59,846 nucleotides of DNA from a phage. The stretch lies in the NCBI GenBank assembly GCA_011982905.1, contig GCA_011982905.1_4767.1; one strand, written 5' to 3'. Made by a program: the position numbers and the translations under genes. Each line of letters opens with the position of its first letter. Position 1 is the stretch's first letter. The notes under the pieces are model-generated. The model saw only the letters and a program-made list of their open reading frames with translations. It did no database searches and was not told where the DNA came from. Of the stretch, positions 17,897-26,984 are shown one piece after another.

Positions 17897-18427
17897 ATGC
17901 AAAACGTAAACGCAGGAATGGGCGTAACCCAGTTCAACGGGATGAAACCGAAAAACTCCATCAACATGGGCGGTGTTGATTGGACGTTACGTCGGGACGC
18001 TACCGATTCAACTACCATGTTCCCACACCAGAAGGTAAGCTGGCTTAATGCTGGCTGTGAACCTATGGGTGATGGAAGGGTTCATTACTGTTGGATTATG
18101 GGAGTGATACCGCCTACGCCGGGCACTATCGAACGACCCGTGAATGTGATGTATGTCGGCTTCCACCAGTTCAAGATCACAATTGCTCCAAACTCCATTA
18201 GTCAGTCAGATCTTGATCGTATGCATGTTTACGTCAGCGATGGTACAGACTTCGCAGGGGATTTTATTAGTAAGTTTCTTGGTATGCAACCAGAGCAGCC
18301 TGTAGAAGCACGCGAGCATATTAGCCCGTGGCCACCCATGATTGATCAGGAAGTGCTGCAACCAAAGACCGCTCAAACGGTCCCTCAGAAACCGGAGCAG
18401 AAGGTGAAACCAAATGACGAAGAATGA
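17897..18427 (+). CDS. hypothetical protein
   Basis: 176-aa ORF with AGGAAG RBS. Confidence 0.45.
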   Translation: MQNVNAGMGVTQFNGMKPKNSINMGGVDWTLRRDATDSTTMFPHQKVSWLNAGCEPMGDGRVHYCWIMGVIPPTPGTIERPVNVMYVGFHQFKITIAPNSISQSDLDRMHVYVSDGTDFAGDFISKFLGMQPEQPVEAREHISPWPPMIDQEVLQPKTAQTVPQKPEQKVKPNDEE

Positions 18428-18698
18428 AGGTATTGATAAAGTCGTTGAAGGGCTTTCTATTCGTGCCCATGTTATAGCAGACGAAGGTCATGATCAACTT
18501 ACAATTATGAAATCTGCATTCAGCGATTTTAAGTCTCTTGGAAACTTAAGCGGGTTAATGACTGTGGTGTCGACCGGAAAATTAACCCAGCAGCAAATCA
18601 GTCTAGCTCAGCGTATTGCTGTTAAAGTTATTGCGGTACTTGGGATGATTGAAGCTGAAAAGCCCAGTTCCAAGCAGGATAACGAAAGCGACCTTTAA
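18414..18698 (+). CDS. hypothetical protein
   Basis: 94-aa ORF overlapping the upstream stop. Confidence 0.4.
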   Translation: MTKNEGIDKVVEGLSIRAHVIADEGHDQLTIMKSAFSDFKSLGNLSGLMTVVSTGKLTQQQISLAQRIAVKVIAVLGMIEAEKPSSKQDNESDL

Positions 18699-18709
18699 GG
18701 AGGTCTACT

Positions 18710-18913
18710 ATGTGTGGTAATACTAACCGTTGCTGTCTAGGCAGTCCTGCAACACAAGTAGGTATACTTCAGGGGCAATTGGCTCAAGCAGCGTGTAATT
18801 GCAAAACTTTTCAACCAGTAGCGCCAACTCCTGTGTTTGTGAATGCTTTTGCACCGCCTGTTTTCAATACTTTTGGCGTATACCCATACGGTGCTTTCTT
18901 TCGTATATTCTAA
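18710..18913 (+). CDS. small Cys-rich protein with aromatic C-terminus
   Basis: 67 aa; strong TAAGGAGGT RBS; shares a QLAQ.A..CK...PTP segment with the 17121 ORF. Confidence 0.45.
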   Translation: MCGNTNRCCLGSPATQVGILQGQLAQAACNCKTFQPVAPTPVFVNAFAPPVFNTFGVYPYGAFFRIF

Positions 18914-18920
18914 GAAGAGA

Positions 18921-18942
18921 AAAAGGGGCGTTTGCCCCTTTC
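18921..18942. terminator. bidirectional intrinsic terminator at strand switch
   Basis: Stem AAGGGGC / GCCCCTT with GTTT loop, A/T tracts on both sides; between convergent blocks. Confidence 0.65.
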
Positions 18943-18943
18943 T

Positions 18944-19225
18944 TTAACGCTTATGAAAAGCTGACAGGATTGCAAGTGTTACAGCACCCAATCCAACGAC
19001 GGTAGCATAAGTGAGTTGGTGTTGAACTTTAACAAAGCCATAATAGGTGCTAGGGATGTCTACAATCCCAAACGCCATAGCAAAGCTGGTCCCAAGTAGT
19101 GCTACAGCAAGGGCGCGTAATAACGCCCTGCTCATTGCTGTAAAGCCCTTCTCATTACTATCTCCGGTCATTATAACAACAATGATTAGAAATAGCGAAA
19201 CGACAACTAATAGATATTCCATCAT
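18944..19225 (-). CDS. small membrane protein (about 3 TM segments)
   Basis: 93 aa; AGGAG RBS; hydrophobic stretches LLVVVSLFLIIVVIM, ALAVALLGTSFAMAFGIV, VVGLGAVTLAIL. Confidence 0.5.
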   Translation of the reverse strand: MMEYLLVVVSLFLIIVVIMTGDSNEKGFTAMSRALLRALAVALLGTSFAMAFGIVDIPSTYYGFVKVQHQLTYATVVGLGAVTLAILSAFHKR

Positions 19226-19428
19226 TTGCGTCTCCTGTACATGTATTGATCATACGCGGTCGCAATAATAGTGACTGGCCAGCAAGCGAGTATACATAGA
19301 AGACTTACAATCTTCTCCCAACGTTTCTTATGGGCTAGCGCATAATCATAGTTATTCCAACAAAAGAAATAAGTCATTGCTGCAATAACTGCACCAATTA
19401 CAAAATACATAACCACATATTCATGCAT
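19222..19428 (-). CDS. small membrane protein (2 TM segments)
   Basis: 68 aa; GGGAG RBS; two hydrophobic helices; basic C-terminus. Confidence 0.5.
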   Translation of the reverse strand: MHEYVVMYFVIGAVIAAMTYFFCWNNYDYALAHKKRWEKIVSLLCILACWPVTIIATAYDQYMYRRRK

Positions 19429-19609
19429 CGGTAAACTCCCAAATCAGATTATAATTATTTCCCGCTGGTACATATCGCCCTGGACGTGGATCGAAGCTTT
19501 TCACTGAAAACTCCAGCGTTCCGGCGCTATATAGTTGCACCTTTTGTCCGTCCCACGGTCCACCTATCAATTTAAAAGTCTGTCGATAACCTTTTGCAGC
19601 TTTAGCCAT
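19421..19609 (-). CDS. hypothetical small protein
   Basis: 62 aa; AAGGAG RBS. Confidence 0.45.
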   Translation of the reverse strand: MAKAAKGYRQTFKLIGGPWDGQKVQLYSAGTLEFSVKSFDPRPGRYVPAGNNYNLIWEFTDA

Positions 19610-19651
19610 GCTCGCTCCTTAAATACCCGCGCGAACGCGGGTATTATTTTA

Positions 19652-19858
19652 TTACGCTTCCGGTGTTTCCGGTGATGGTTCATCAGGAACAACAATAACA
19701 TCGGCTAAAACTTTCAACGCTTCTTGTTGCTCCGCTGTCATATTATTCCAGTAATAGACGTGAATGTAAACTACTGGTTTGTCACCATGTTGCCACGGTT
19801 CGCGACTTACTACATCCGCAGCTAAATCGCTTGCTACGCTCTTTTCTTTACCAGCCAT
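19652..19858 (-). CDS. hypothetical small acidic protein
   Basis: 68 aa; AAGGGG RBS. Confidence 0.45.
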   Translation of the reverse strand: MAGKEKSVASDLAADVVSREPWQHGDKPVVYIHVYYWNNMTAEQQEALKVLADVIVVPDEPSPETPEA

Positions 19859-20036
19859 GCTAATGTACCCCTTTAAGGTTTTACACGCGGCTAACCCCCA
19901 AAAGTACCCATATGATCAAGGGTTCTAATGCGCTGCTCCAGCCAACGTGCGTTCTTTTCAAAATGTTTATTGGTACGCGCTGCTTTGCACGCATCAATAA
20001 TACCTAACTCACATCCAAGCTGCGTTTGTCCCATCA

Positions 20037-20183
20037 CTAAGAATGGGTTAACATGCTGGATACAAGCTCTTCACATTGTAACTTAATAGGATGGTCTTGG
20101 CATAGTTTCTTTGCTGCATCTTTTAAATCCACAGCTTGGACACCAGGCGCTATCAGCAAAGTTACGAGTAATAAACGTTTCAT
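20037..20183 (-). CDS. small secreted protein (signal peptide, two Cys)
   Basis: 48-codon ORF not in the supplied track (below its size cut-off); MKRLLLVTLLIAPGVQA signal-like N-terminus; AAGGGA RBS; TAATG overlap with the upstream gene. Confidence 0.35.
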   Translation of the reverse strand: MKRLLLVTLLIAPGVQAVDLKDAAKKLCQDHPIKLQCEELVSSMLTHS

Positions 20184-20467
20184 TATGCTTTCCCTTTACG
20201 ACATAAGGCTTGAAGTTCCAGAAGCGCATCAATGTCTTCCTGTGGAGTTACACCAACGTGAATTGGATATTTAGCGCGGCATTCGTTGCCAACTTCAACA
20301 GTGTGGTTAATGTAGCCGTAAACACATCCACCAATAACAGTGAAGATAAGCGCAACAATCATTGTAAGGTACTTACCTTGTTTGCGTTCTTCATTTTGTT
20401 TATTAAGCTGACGGTTAAGTTCCACCGCGTCAATTTTACCTTTATTGTAATCGTCTACTAAGCTCAT
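20183..20467 (-). CDS. membrane-anchored protein (single TM)
   Basis: ATG at 20467 preceded by GAGGAG; 94 aa; central TM segment YLTMIVALIFTVIGGCVYGYI. Confidence 0.45.
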   Translation of the reverse strand: MSLVDDYNKGKIDAVELNRQLNKQNEERKQGKYLTMIVALIFTVIGGCVYGYINHTVEVGNECRAKYPIHVGVTPQEDIDALLELQALCRKGKA

Positions 20468-20531
20468 TTTGTATCTCCTCTTGTTGTATGTATATATTAA
20501 AACAGACCCGCGAAGGGTCTGCAAGTAGAAT

Positions 20532-22517
20532 TTAGGCGTATCCCATGTCTTCGAGATACTTCTCTGCTTTAGCTATATAAGCATCATAATCTATGTCGTC
20601 CGGTACTTTATCCGGTAGCGTCATGATCGGGACACCTCCCGCGCTACCAGCTACACGGTTGCCCGAGTTAGCATAGATTATTTCAGGTGTTTCTTCATTA
20701 GTGCTTAAGTACCAGCGTACAACCTTACCCAAAAATTCGCCATTCCATACCGCGCCGCCTTTTACCGCACGTAGGATAATGAATTTTCTAATATCGTTGC
20801 AATTGCGTATAGTACGAGAAACAGGCGTACCGTGGGCCAAACATTCACATACAGCTTCCATAATAATCTCACCAGTACAGTTCTTTTGAAGACCTGTCTT
20901 TGCGAACCACCCTTTACGCTTAATTTCAACATTTCCTTCCTCGTCAGGTTCTTTTACTGCAACATAGTTATTGACGTTAGCACTGTACAGCTTGTCATAG
21001 TAGTTGGATTCCATTTCAAAACCTGTTACGGATTCCCACCACTTGATCATATTATCAACGAAGTCCTGCATATGGTCCGGATACTTAACCACAATACCAT
21101 CCGTGTTAGCTGAAATTACTTTAACTCCGTTCAGCTCAAACGCTTCAATAAGCATTAACAGCGATAACTGTCCAGTTAATGTAACTTGTATCAATAATTG
21201 CGGAGCGTACAGTACGGACCACATAGACCCCAGCTTACCGAACGATCCGTTGATTACGATCTTCAGAGTATTGGCTGTGTTCTTGTCCCCTGAGTGTTTA
21301 GCTGCAATACGGCGGTCTACAATGCTTTTATAAACACGAAGAAACGCTGGTCCCAACTGCTCAGGGTATAAACCCTGATTAAGAATAATTGAAGGGTAAT
21401 AAGACGTTACGTCAATGTCCCGCTTCTTAATACCCGGCTCTTTACCGTGCCCAGCACACTCTTCTGAGCTATGCAAACCACCAATACCCATACGGTAGAC
21501 ACCGTCCGCAATCTTGATTTCAAGACCTGTTAACGCTGGGGGTAAGCTAACGCCACCGTTATCGCTAACAACAAAACGGCAGTCCCGAACAATATCCAAA
21601 ACACTATTCATCAGAGGTGTTTGAAAACGAATAAAGTCCGGTATGTTATATGCATACTTTGTTCCAGGATAAACTTGTGGGCGCTGCGGACGCACACCAG
21701 TTAACGCTTGAATTTCGTGTTTAATTACGTCTTCTGCAATCTGCGCATCAGAACGTGAACGCAGATCCACACCGTATTCTTGCGACATAATTTCACGAAG
21801 GTGCAAAGGTTCTTGTAATGCAATAAAACATTCTTCTGTCTGTACAAGGTCGTTAATACAGTACCAGCGTACAATTAACATCTGGTCCTGCGTCAACATG
21901 GTATTTGGTTTGAACGGTAAATCCTGCATACGACGAGTATGTACTCGTCCGCCGTATTGTTTCAAACCGCCGGACCCAGGCAGCACTTCCATAATATCGA
22001 TGTGGTTAACGTTCTGCATACGCTTGAGACGGTAACTCTTCAATACATCCGAAGGACGCCAGTCTTCAACGATTATTTTATCGGTCGCGTCTTTAAGCTG
22101 TGCATTAGAACAGCCGTTAAGCGCTAGCGTAGCAATGGGCATATCGTACCCGTTACCGTTAAAGCTCACGATAAGGAAGTTTGTCATTACCCAGTTAAGT
22201 AGCAAACAATTCAAACTACAACCATGATACATTTCGAAGTAGACAACTTTCTTAGTCCTTACTCCGCGGAATGCGATCAAGAAGTAGTTTGGATAACATT
22301 CGATATCGTATACAAGCGGTTCGCGGTTAATCCATGCTTGAATAAGTTCGTCCTGTGTGTACAGGTTGTATTGGAAGTTCCGCGCTTCCTCAAGGTTAGG
22401 CAAATAATCCGGGCGCTCCCAAGTGCGCTCCGGCGGTAAACGTTTAACCTTTTCTTTCTTTGCTTTTGGCTCAGGCGGTAAGTCCTGCCAAAAGAAACCA
22501 ATAGCATCTGTCCGCAT
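20532..22517 (-). CDS. DNA polymerase, family B
   Basis: ATG at 22517 overlaps the upstream stop (TAATG); exonuclease motif YDIECY; polymerase motifs DVTSYYPSII (motif A), KIVINGSFGKLG (motif B) and NTDG (motif C). Confidence 0.85.
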   Translation of the reverse strand: MRTDAIGFFWQDLPPEPKAKKEKVKRLPPERTWERPDYLPNLEEARNFQYNLYTQDELIQAWINREPLVYDIECYPNYFLIAFRGVRTKKVVYFEMYHGCSLNCLLLNWVMTNFLIVSFNGNGYDMPIATLALNGCSNAQLKDATDKIIVEDWRPSDVLKSYRLKRMQNVNHIDIMEVLPGSGGLKQYGGRVHTRRMQDLPFKPNTMLTQDQMLIVRWYCINDLVQTEECFIALQEPLHLREIMSQEYGVDLRSRSDAQIAEDVIKHEIQALTGVRPQRPQVYPGTKYAYNIPDFIRFQTPLMNSVLDIVRDCRFVVSDNGGVSLPPALTGLEIKIADGVYRMGIGGLHSSEECAGHGKEPGIKKRDIDVTSYYPSIILNQGLYPEQLGPAFLRVYKSIVDRRIAAKHSGDKNTANTLKIVINGSFGKLGSMWSVLYAPQLLIQVTLTGQLSLLMLIEAFELNGVKVISANTDGIVVKYPDHMQDFVDNMIKWWESVTGFEMESNYYDKLYSANVNNYVAVKEPDEEGNVEIKRKGWFAKTGLQKNCTGEIIMEAVCECLAHGTPVSRTIRNCNDIRKFIILRAVKGGAVWNGEFLGKVVRWYLSTNEETPEIIYANSGNRVAGSAGGVPIMTLPDKVPDDIDYDAYIAKAEKYLEDMGYA

Positions 22518-23470
22518 TAGACACGTTCTCCAATTAATACACCGCGAAGATTTTCCCCAAAGAATGCGCAAGGTTGCGGATATAAACTAAAGTCCGCAGT
22601 CTTAACCACATTCTCGAGTAATAACAGGATGTCGATATTGTAAACTCCCGTTATTGATCTGTCCTGCAATACGAAGCTTGCACCTTCTGCATCATCGTAA
22701 TGAGTACGCGCTAGACCGTTTTCAATATATACGCGAGGACGATCTTCCGCAAAAGGTTTGATTTTATGCAAGCCCTCAAAAAGACCTGGATCAACAGGAT
22801 GTGCATTGCATTGAACATTTAAAATACGACGTATATCGGGCCACTCCGCATCAATAAGCTGTGTCCGCAACCAGCGACCTTCCGGATAATGAAACGTTAC
22901 ATTATTCTTACTAACCTGAATATGTGTCGGGTTAGCCTTAATGCGCAATATTTCTTTAATTGCAACGGAAGGTATTATGCAGTCTATAGGGAACTGATTG
23001 CCGAACCAGTATTCCGCAATGGTGACGTTATTTGTAGCAAACAGGCTACCGTTATTAATTAGGATGCCACAAGCCCACGCACGAGATGCATCCGAGCCTA
23101 CAAACGGAGCAACGGACTTCACACCATGAACGAAGCGAGCACCGTCTATTTCGTACAAATCGCCTTCAGGGAATACATGCGGAGTTTCTTTATCGATGCA
23201 GCGTATAGCAACACGAAACGGGCCTGACTTAATATTCAGCTTACCGTTAGCCATCATTGTTAGCTGCACTGTTTCATCGCAGTTTGAAATAGCCTTGATC
23301 ATTGGACCCGCTTCGGGCTTACAATCAATATCCAGCTCAATAGGGCTACCCAGTGCAATAACACCGTTAAAGCCTTGTACCTGCCCGTCACGAATAAGAA
23401 AACTGGTAAGCCCTTCTACCAGTTCTTTCTTTGCTACTGAGCCTTGAACAAATTTAAGAGCGTCTAACAT
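22517..23470 (-). CDS. DnaN-like sliding clamp homologue (putative processivity factor)
   Basis: 317 aa; LIDAEWPDIRRIL matches the conserved VDGRFPDYRRVLP segment of bacterial beta clamps as recalled; lies immediately upstream of the polymerase. Confidence 0.5.
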   Translation of the reverse strand: MLDALKFVQGSVAKKELVEGLTSFLIRDGQVQGFNGVIALGSPIELDIDCKPEAGPMIKAISNCDETVQLTMMANGKLNIKSGPFRVAIRCIDKETPHVFPEGDLYEIDGARFVHGVKSVAPFVGSDASRAWACGILINNGSLFATNNVTIAEYWFGNQFPIDCIIPSVAIKEILRIKANPTHIQVSKNNVTFHYPEGRWLRTQLIDAEWPDIRRILNVQCNAHPVDPGLFEGLHKIKPFAEDRPRVYIENGLARTHYDDAEGASFVLQDRSITGVYNIDILLLLENVVKTADFSLYPQPCAFFGENLRGVLIGERV

Positions 23471-23697
23471 TAGCGATCCTCGATTGCTCTAATTGTGGTT
23501 AAGTCTAATTCACAGGTTGGAGGTGATCCATAAAGCCCTATTTGTCTTCCTTGCGCATTAAACCATGTACCGGACTGATCTTTCCATTGCTTAGGGGTCT
23601 TGTGGAGGAATACAACTCTGTTTTCACCGTAGTAATTAATTCTCACTCCTTTGTGAGTGTATTTACGTTTACCTTTTGGTCTTCTTAAGTTAGCCAT
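23470..23697 (-). CDS. hypothetical small basic protein
   Basis: 75 aa, between clamp-like gene and dpdA. Confidence 0.4.
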   Translation of the reverse strand: MANLRRPKGKRKYTHKGVRINYYGENRVVFLHKTPKQWKDQSGTWFNAQGRQIGLYGSPPTCELDLTTIRAIEDR

Positions 23698-24617
23698 CAG
23701 AACAACTCCATTACACGATCACGGAACGTGCCGTCATGGGTAGCATTAATATTTGCAGCAATTACACCATACGCCCATAAATTGAAGGCAGCACGTGATT
23801 CATAGATTGTTGATAACCGTTCGTAAGTAAAACCGTTTTGCTCAAGGTATTTAAGGACAGCATCCTGTTCAATTTCAGTTAGCGTTGAAACATGCTTACC
23901 AAAATGATGGCGGTCTGGTGACTTATCGGACACGCGCATTGGGCCCCACGGAGGAGTAACCACACTTCCAAACGCTGCCGCTTGAATCCAGGAGGATGAG
24001 TCACAGCTATACCACGGATAACGCTCCATGATGGTAGTGGACGTAATACCAAATGCATGAAGCTTAATCTTAGGACGACCGCTACCGTCGCAAATGTATT
24101 TGTCCCACATGCGGTCCAGCCAAGTTTTAAGCGTGCCCGTTGAACGCCCTACCATGCCCCCGATCGTGATATATTCGTAGTTCTTCATGTAATATTCAAG
24201 ATAGCGGAAGTCCTCACCAAAGTGAAAGCACGGTAACGGTTTAGCACCGCGTGCTTCCATTTCAAGCTGATTACGGTATGTTTGCAGCGGATCACCAATA
24301 CCGTCGAGCACCGACGCCATTACAGCACCATCTTCTACCCGCAAAATGTCTTTATTACGCTTGATGTACTCGCAGTATTCAACAATATCAATGTGAGCAC
24401 CCAAAGAGTGCGCAGAGAATGCACCGGAGTCGAGAAACACTTTAGCGCCATCTGCACGCATTTGATCAACATACTTCTGACGCCCAACGTAGTGGTATGA
24501 TTCCAAAATATTTGGAAGGCTATTAACAATGTCTTTTTCCCGATCGTTTAACTTTTCATATCGTTGTTGACCAGCTTTATAGCCGTTGGTATATACTGCC
24601 GCTACATATAACTTCAT
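23697..24617 (-). CDS. dpdA: DpdA, tRNA-guanine transglycosylase-like DNA 7-deazaguanine transglycosylase
   Basis: 306 aa; TGT-like fold motifs (FLDSGAF, ITIGGMVG); clustered with folE-queD-queC-queE. Confidence 0.7.
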   Translation of the reverse strand: MKLYVAAVYTNGYKAGQQRYEKLNDREKDIVNSLPNILESYHYVGRQKYVDQMRADGAKVFLDSGAFSAHSLGAHIDIVEYCEYIKRNKDILRVEDGAVMASVLDGIGDPLQTYRNQLEMEARGAKPLPCFHFGEDFRYLEYYMKNYEYITIGGMVGRSTGTLKTWLDRMWDKYICDGSGRPKIKLHAFGITSTTIMERYPWYSCDSSSWIQAAAFGSVVTPPWGPMRVSDKSPDRHHFGKHVSTLTEIEQDAVLKYLEQNGFTYERLSTIYESRAAFNLWAYGVIAANINATHDGTFRDRVMELF

Positions 24618-24696
24618 ATCTTAAATAAACCTCCAATGACTAAAAAGCCCATACCAGTATTATGACCGATATGGGCTTGATCTGTAAAGCTATCTA

Positions 24697-25335
24697 TTAT
24701 TTACAAGCTTCAAGGAACTCACGGCGCCATTCTTTACCAATATCGCTACCATGCTCCAGTTCTGTAGCGCCCCGGAATGCTTTGGTAATAGTACTCGAGC
24801 CACAAACCTGCTTGATTCCTCTTGACTCCATGCACATATGTTTGGCGTCAATATAAACACATACAGCTTTCGGATTTAAATGCTCTTCAATAGCGTCAGC
24901 AATCTGGTTAGTTAGACGCTCTTGCACTTGCAAGCGACGGCTAAAAGCATCCACAACGCGAGACAGCTTACTGAGCCCCACGATGCGACCGTTAGGAACA
25001 TACCCCACGACAGCGCGACCGATAATAGGGGCCATATGGTGTTCACAATGACTGTAAACAGGAATATCACGGACAATGACCATTTCATTGGTGTTTTCCG
25101 CCCCGTCTTCAAAGGTCTTAAATAACCCAGCAATATCTACATTGTAACCGCCGAACCATGTAGCATAGGCTTTAGCGACACGGTCTGGAGTCTCTGCTAA
25201 TCCTGGACGTAATTTAGTGCAATCTTCAATCTGAGTTAGTAAACTATGCACCGCGCGAGCAATACGAAATTGAGTACCTTCGTTATCAATAGTAAATTTT
25301 GACATGGTTTGCAGTTTCCTTGTTAATGTGGTCAT
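24697..25335 (-). CDS. folE: GTP cyclohydrolase I
   Basis: 212 aa; SHCEHHMAPI and surrounding segment match the FolE active-site region. Confidence 0.85.
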   Translation of the reverse strand: MTTLTRKLQTMSKFTIDNEGTQFRIARAVHSLLTQIEDCTKLRPGLAETPDRVAKAYATWFGGYNVDIAGLFKTFEDGAENTNEMVIVRDIPVYSHCEHHMAPIIGRAVVGYVPNGRIVGLSKLSRVVDAFSRRLQVQERLTNQIADAIEEHLNPKAVCVYIDAKHMCMESRGIKQVCGSSTITKAFRGATELEHGSDIGKEWRREFLEACK

Positions 25336-25336
25336 A

Positions 25337-25840
25337 TTACAGGCTATAGTTTACGTGACATTTCGAAGTTTCTTCGATGGTGCATTCTACAAGTTGAACA
25401 CCATGTTCGTCAAGCAGTTGCGGACCAATTACGTTTACCATGTATGCAGCCAGGTTTTCCGCGGTTGGGTTGAATGGTAAAGATACCATAGAATCCAGAA
25501 AATTTATTTGTTCTTTAGCTGAAATAAACTCCCCACAATCGTCCGCAAAACCAACAACGGACTTTAAACCTTCTATTAAAACATCCTTTTCCCAGTGCAA
25601 AAACTTATGATCCCAATTATTTTCCAACCACTGACAGAGCGTAGTTTTAACCACACTGAAGTCGATAACCCGTCCAACGTCGTCCAGCAAAATACTATTC
25701 ATTTCTTGCGACCCTTTTTTCGGTGCAACCTTAAAGTGAAACTTATAGTTGTGACCATGAAGGTGACGACACTTGCTTTCATGCCCTACAACACGATGTC
25801 CAGCGCAAATTTCATGTGAACGAATTACTGTATAGCTCAT
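25337..25840 (-). CDS. queD: 6-carboxy-5,6,7,8-tetrahydropterin synthase
   Basis: 167 aa; CxxHGHxY motif (CRHLHGHNYKF) typical of QueD/PTPS. Confidence 0.8.
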   Translation of the reverse strand: MSYTVIRSHEICAGHRVVGHESKCRHLHGHNYKFHFKVAPKKGSQEMNSILLDDVGRVIDFSVVKTTLCQWLENNWDHKFLHWEKDVLIEGLKSVVGFADDCGEFISAKEQINFLDSMVSLPFNPTAENLAAYMVNVIGPQLLDEHGVQLVECTIEETSKCHVNYSL

Positions 25841-26382
25841 TTTAATACCTCTTTAGACTGTTCGATTTCTAACGCACGCTGTGCGGATGCAATAATATCT
25901 TTCAAGTCTTCTACCAGACTTTTATGACCGCGTTCGCCAGGCTGCAACGCCTTTTTAATCAAATGTTGTAAAGCTGGGTTAGTTGTCTTCCAAGCTTCCA
26001 AGACATCATACACGTCCACGATGCATTTTACAACATTGCCTTTTTGATCTTTACCATAAATAACTTTCTGATATTTATTCATGGGAATTTTAGATGGTTC
26101 GCATTTCATAAAAATTGCGGTTTTGTCGGTTCGCCAATTGGGCAAACTCCCTTCAATAGCTTGGTTGACGTAATCTTCCGCAACAATATAACGCCAGGCT
26201 ATGATATCCCGAGAACGCACTTCTTCAGGATGTCCTGGGTTTATATCCCAATCCCATCCGTTAAATTGATTCTTAACGTGTGTGCCGTCGCGCAAACGAA
26301 CTTCAAACTTTTCATTGCGAAGAAAGATAGGCATTCCTTTCCCATCGTGCAGGTGCCAGATTTTATTAAGATTATCTTTCAT
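25837..26382 (-). CDS. hypothetical protein inside the 7-deazaguanine cluster
   Basis: ATG at 26382 immediately after the upstream stop; the tracked start at 26427 is TTG; no family recognised. Confidence 0.45.
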   Translation of the reverse strand: MKDNLNKIWHLHDGKGMPIFLRNEKFEVRLRDGTHVKNQFNGWDWDINPGHPEEVRSRDIIAWRYIVAEDYVNQAIEGSLPNWRTDKTAIFMKCEPSKIPMNKYQKVIYGKDQKGNVVKCIVDVYDVLEAWKTTNPALQHLIKKALQPGERGHKSLVEDLKDIIASAQRALEIEQSKEVLK

Positions 26383-26384
26383 TT

Positions 26385-26864
26385 TTACGCTCTCGCTGTA
26401 CGTGAATGAACTTCGTAAACAATCCAAAGGATAGCGGACGCTGTGAACTTACTTAAGCTCATTGCTACCATAGATCCCGGATTAACAATACCTATAATAC
26501 TTAAGAACACAATGGAGTCAATCGGTACAGCTACCAAAGAGCTAATAAATACACGTTGATGAAACGGCTTCTTAGTAATCGTGTATACTACATAGTCCGC
26601 AAACTCACTAAGCGCAAAAGACGCAACGGATGCAACTACAACCGCAGGATTACCGAACACCCAGCTAAGGATGCAACCAACAATCATTGCAGGGATGACG
26701 CCTTTGCCAGCGTTACGCTGTGCGTAATCACGCAGAACAAAGATAAGGCCTACAAAGAAAGCCATCATGGGGACTACGCCAAGTGGCGTATTAAGCATCG
26801 GAAGGTAGGAAAAGCCCAGGTTTACGAATGTAATTGCAGCCAGATAAGCAACGATAAATTTCAT
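26385..26864 (-). CDS. polytopic membrane protein (possible 7-deazapurine precursor transporter)
   Basis: 159 aa with 4-5 hydrophobic segments; sits between queD and queC; transporter role inferred from context only. Confidence 0.45.
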   Translation of the reverse strand: MKFIVAYLAAITFVNLGFSYLPMLNTPLGVVPMMAFFVGLIFVLRDYAQRNAGKGVIPAMIVGCILSWVFGNPAVVVASVASFALSEFADYVVYTITKKPFHQRVFISSLVAVPIDSIVFLSIIGIVNPGSMVAMSLSKFTASAILWIVYEVHSRTARA

Positions 26865-26984
26865 ACTTTTGTTCTCCAGTTTTAACAGCGTTATTCGCTG
26901 GTTGTTGGGTTTAAAAGCTTTAGTAGTATAGTTGGGTTACCGCACCCTAAACAATGCGCTAGCGGTGCGGTTTTCGCGGTAAGA

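Noticed and set aside
20053-20274. 73-aa plus-strand ORF
   Set aside because: Antisense to two RBS-supported minus-strand small genes; no RBS of its own.
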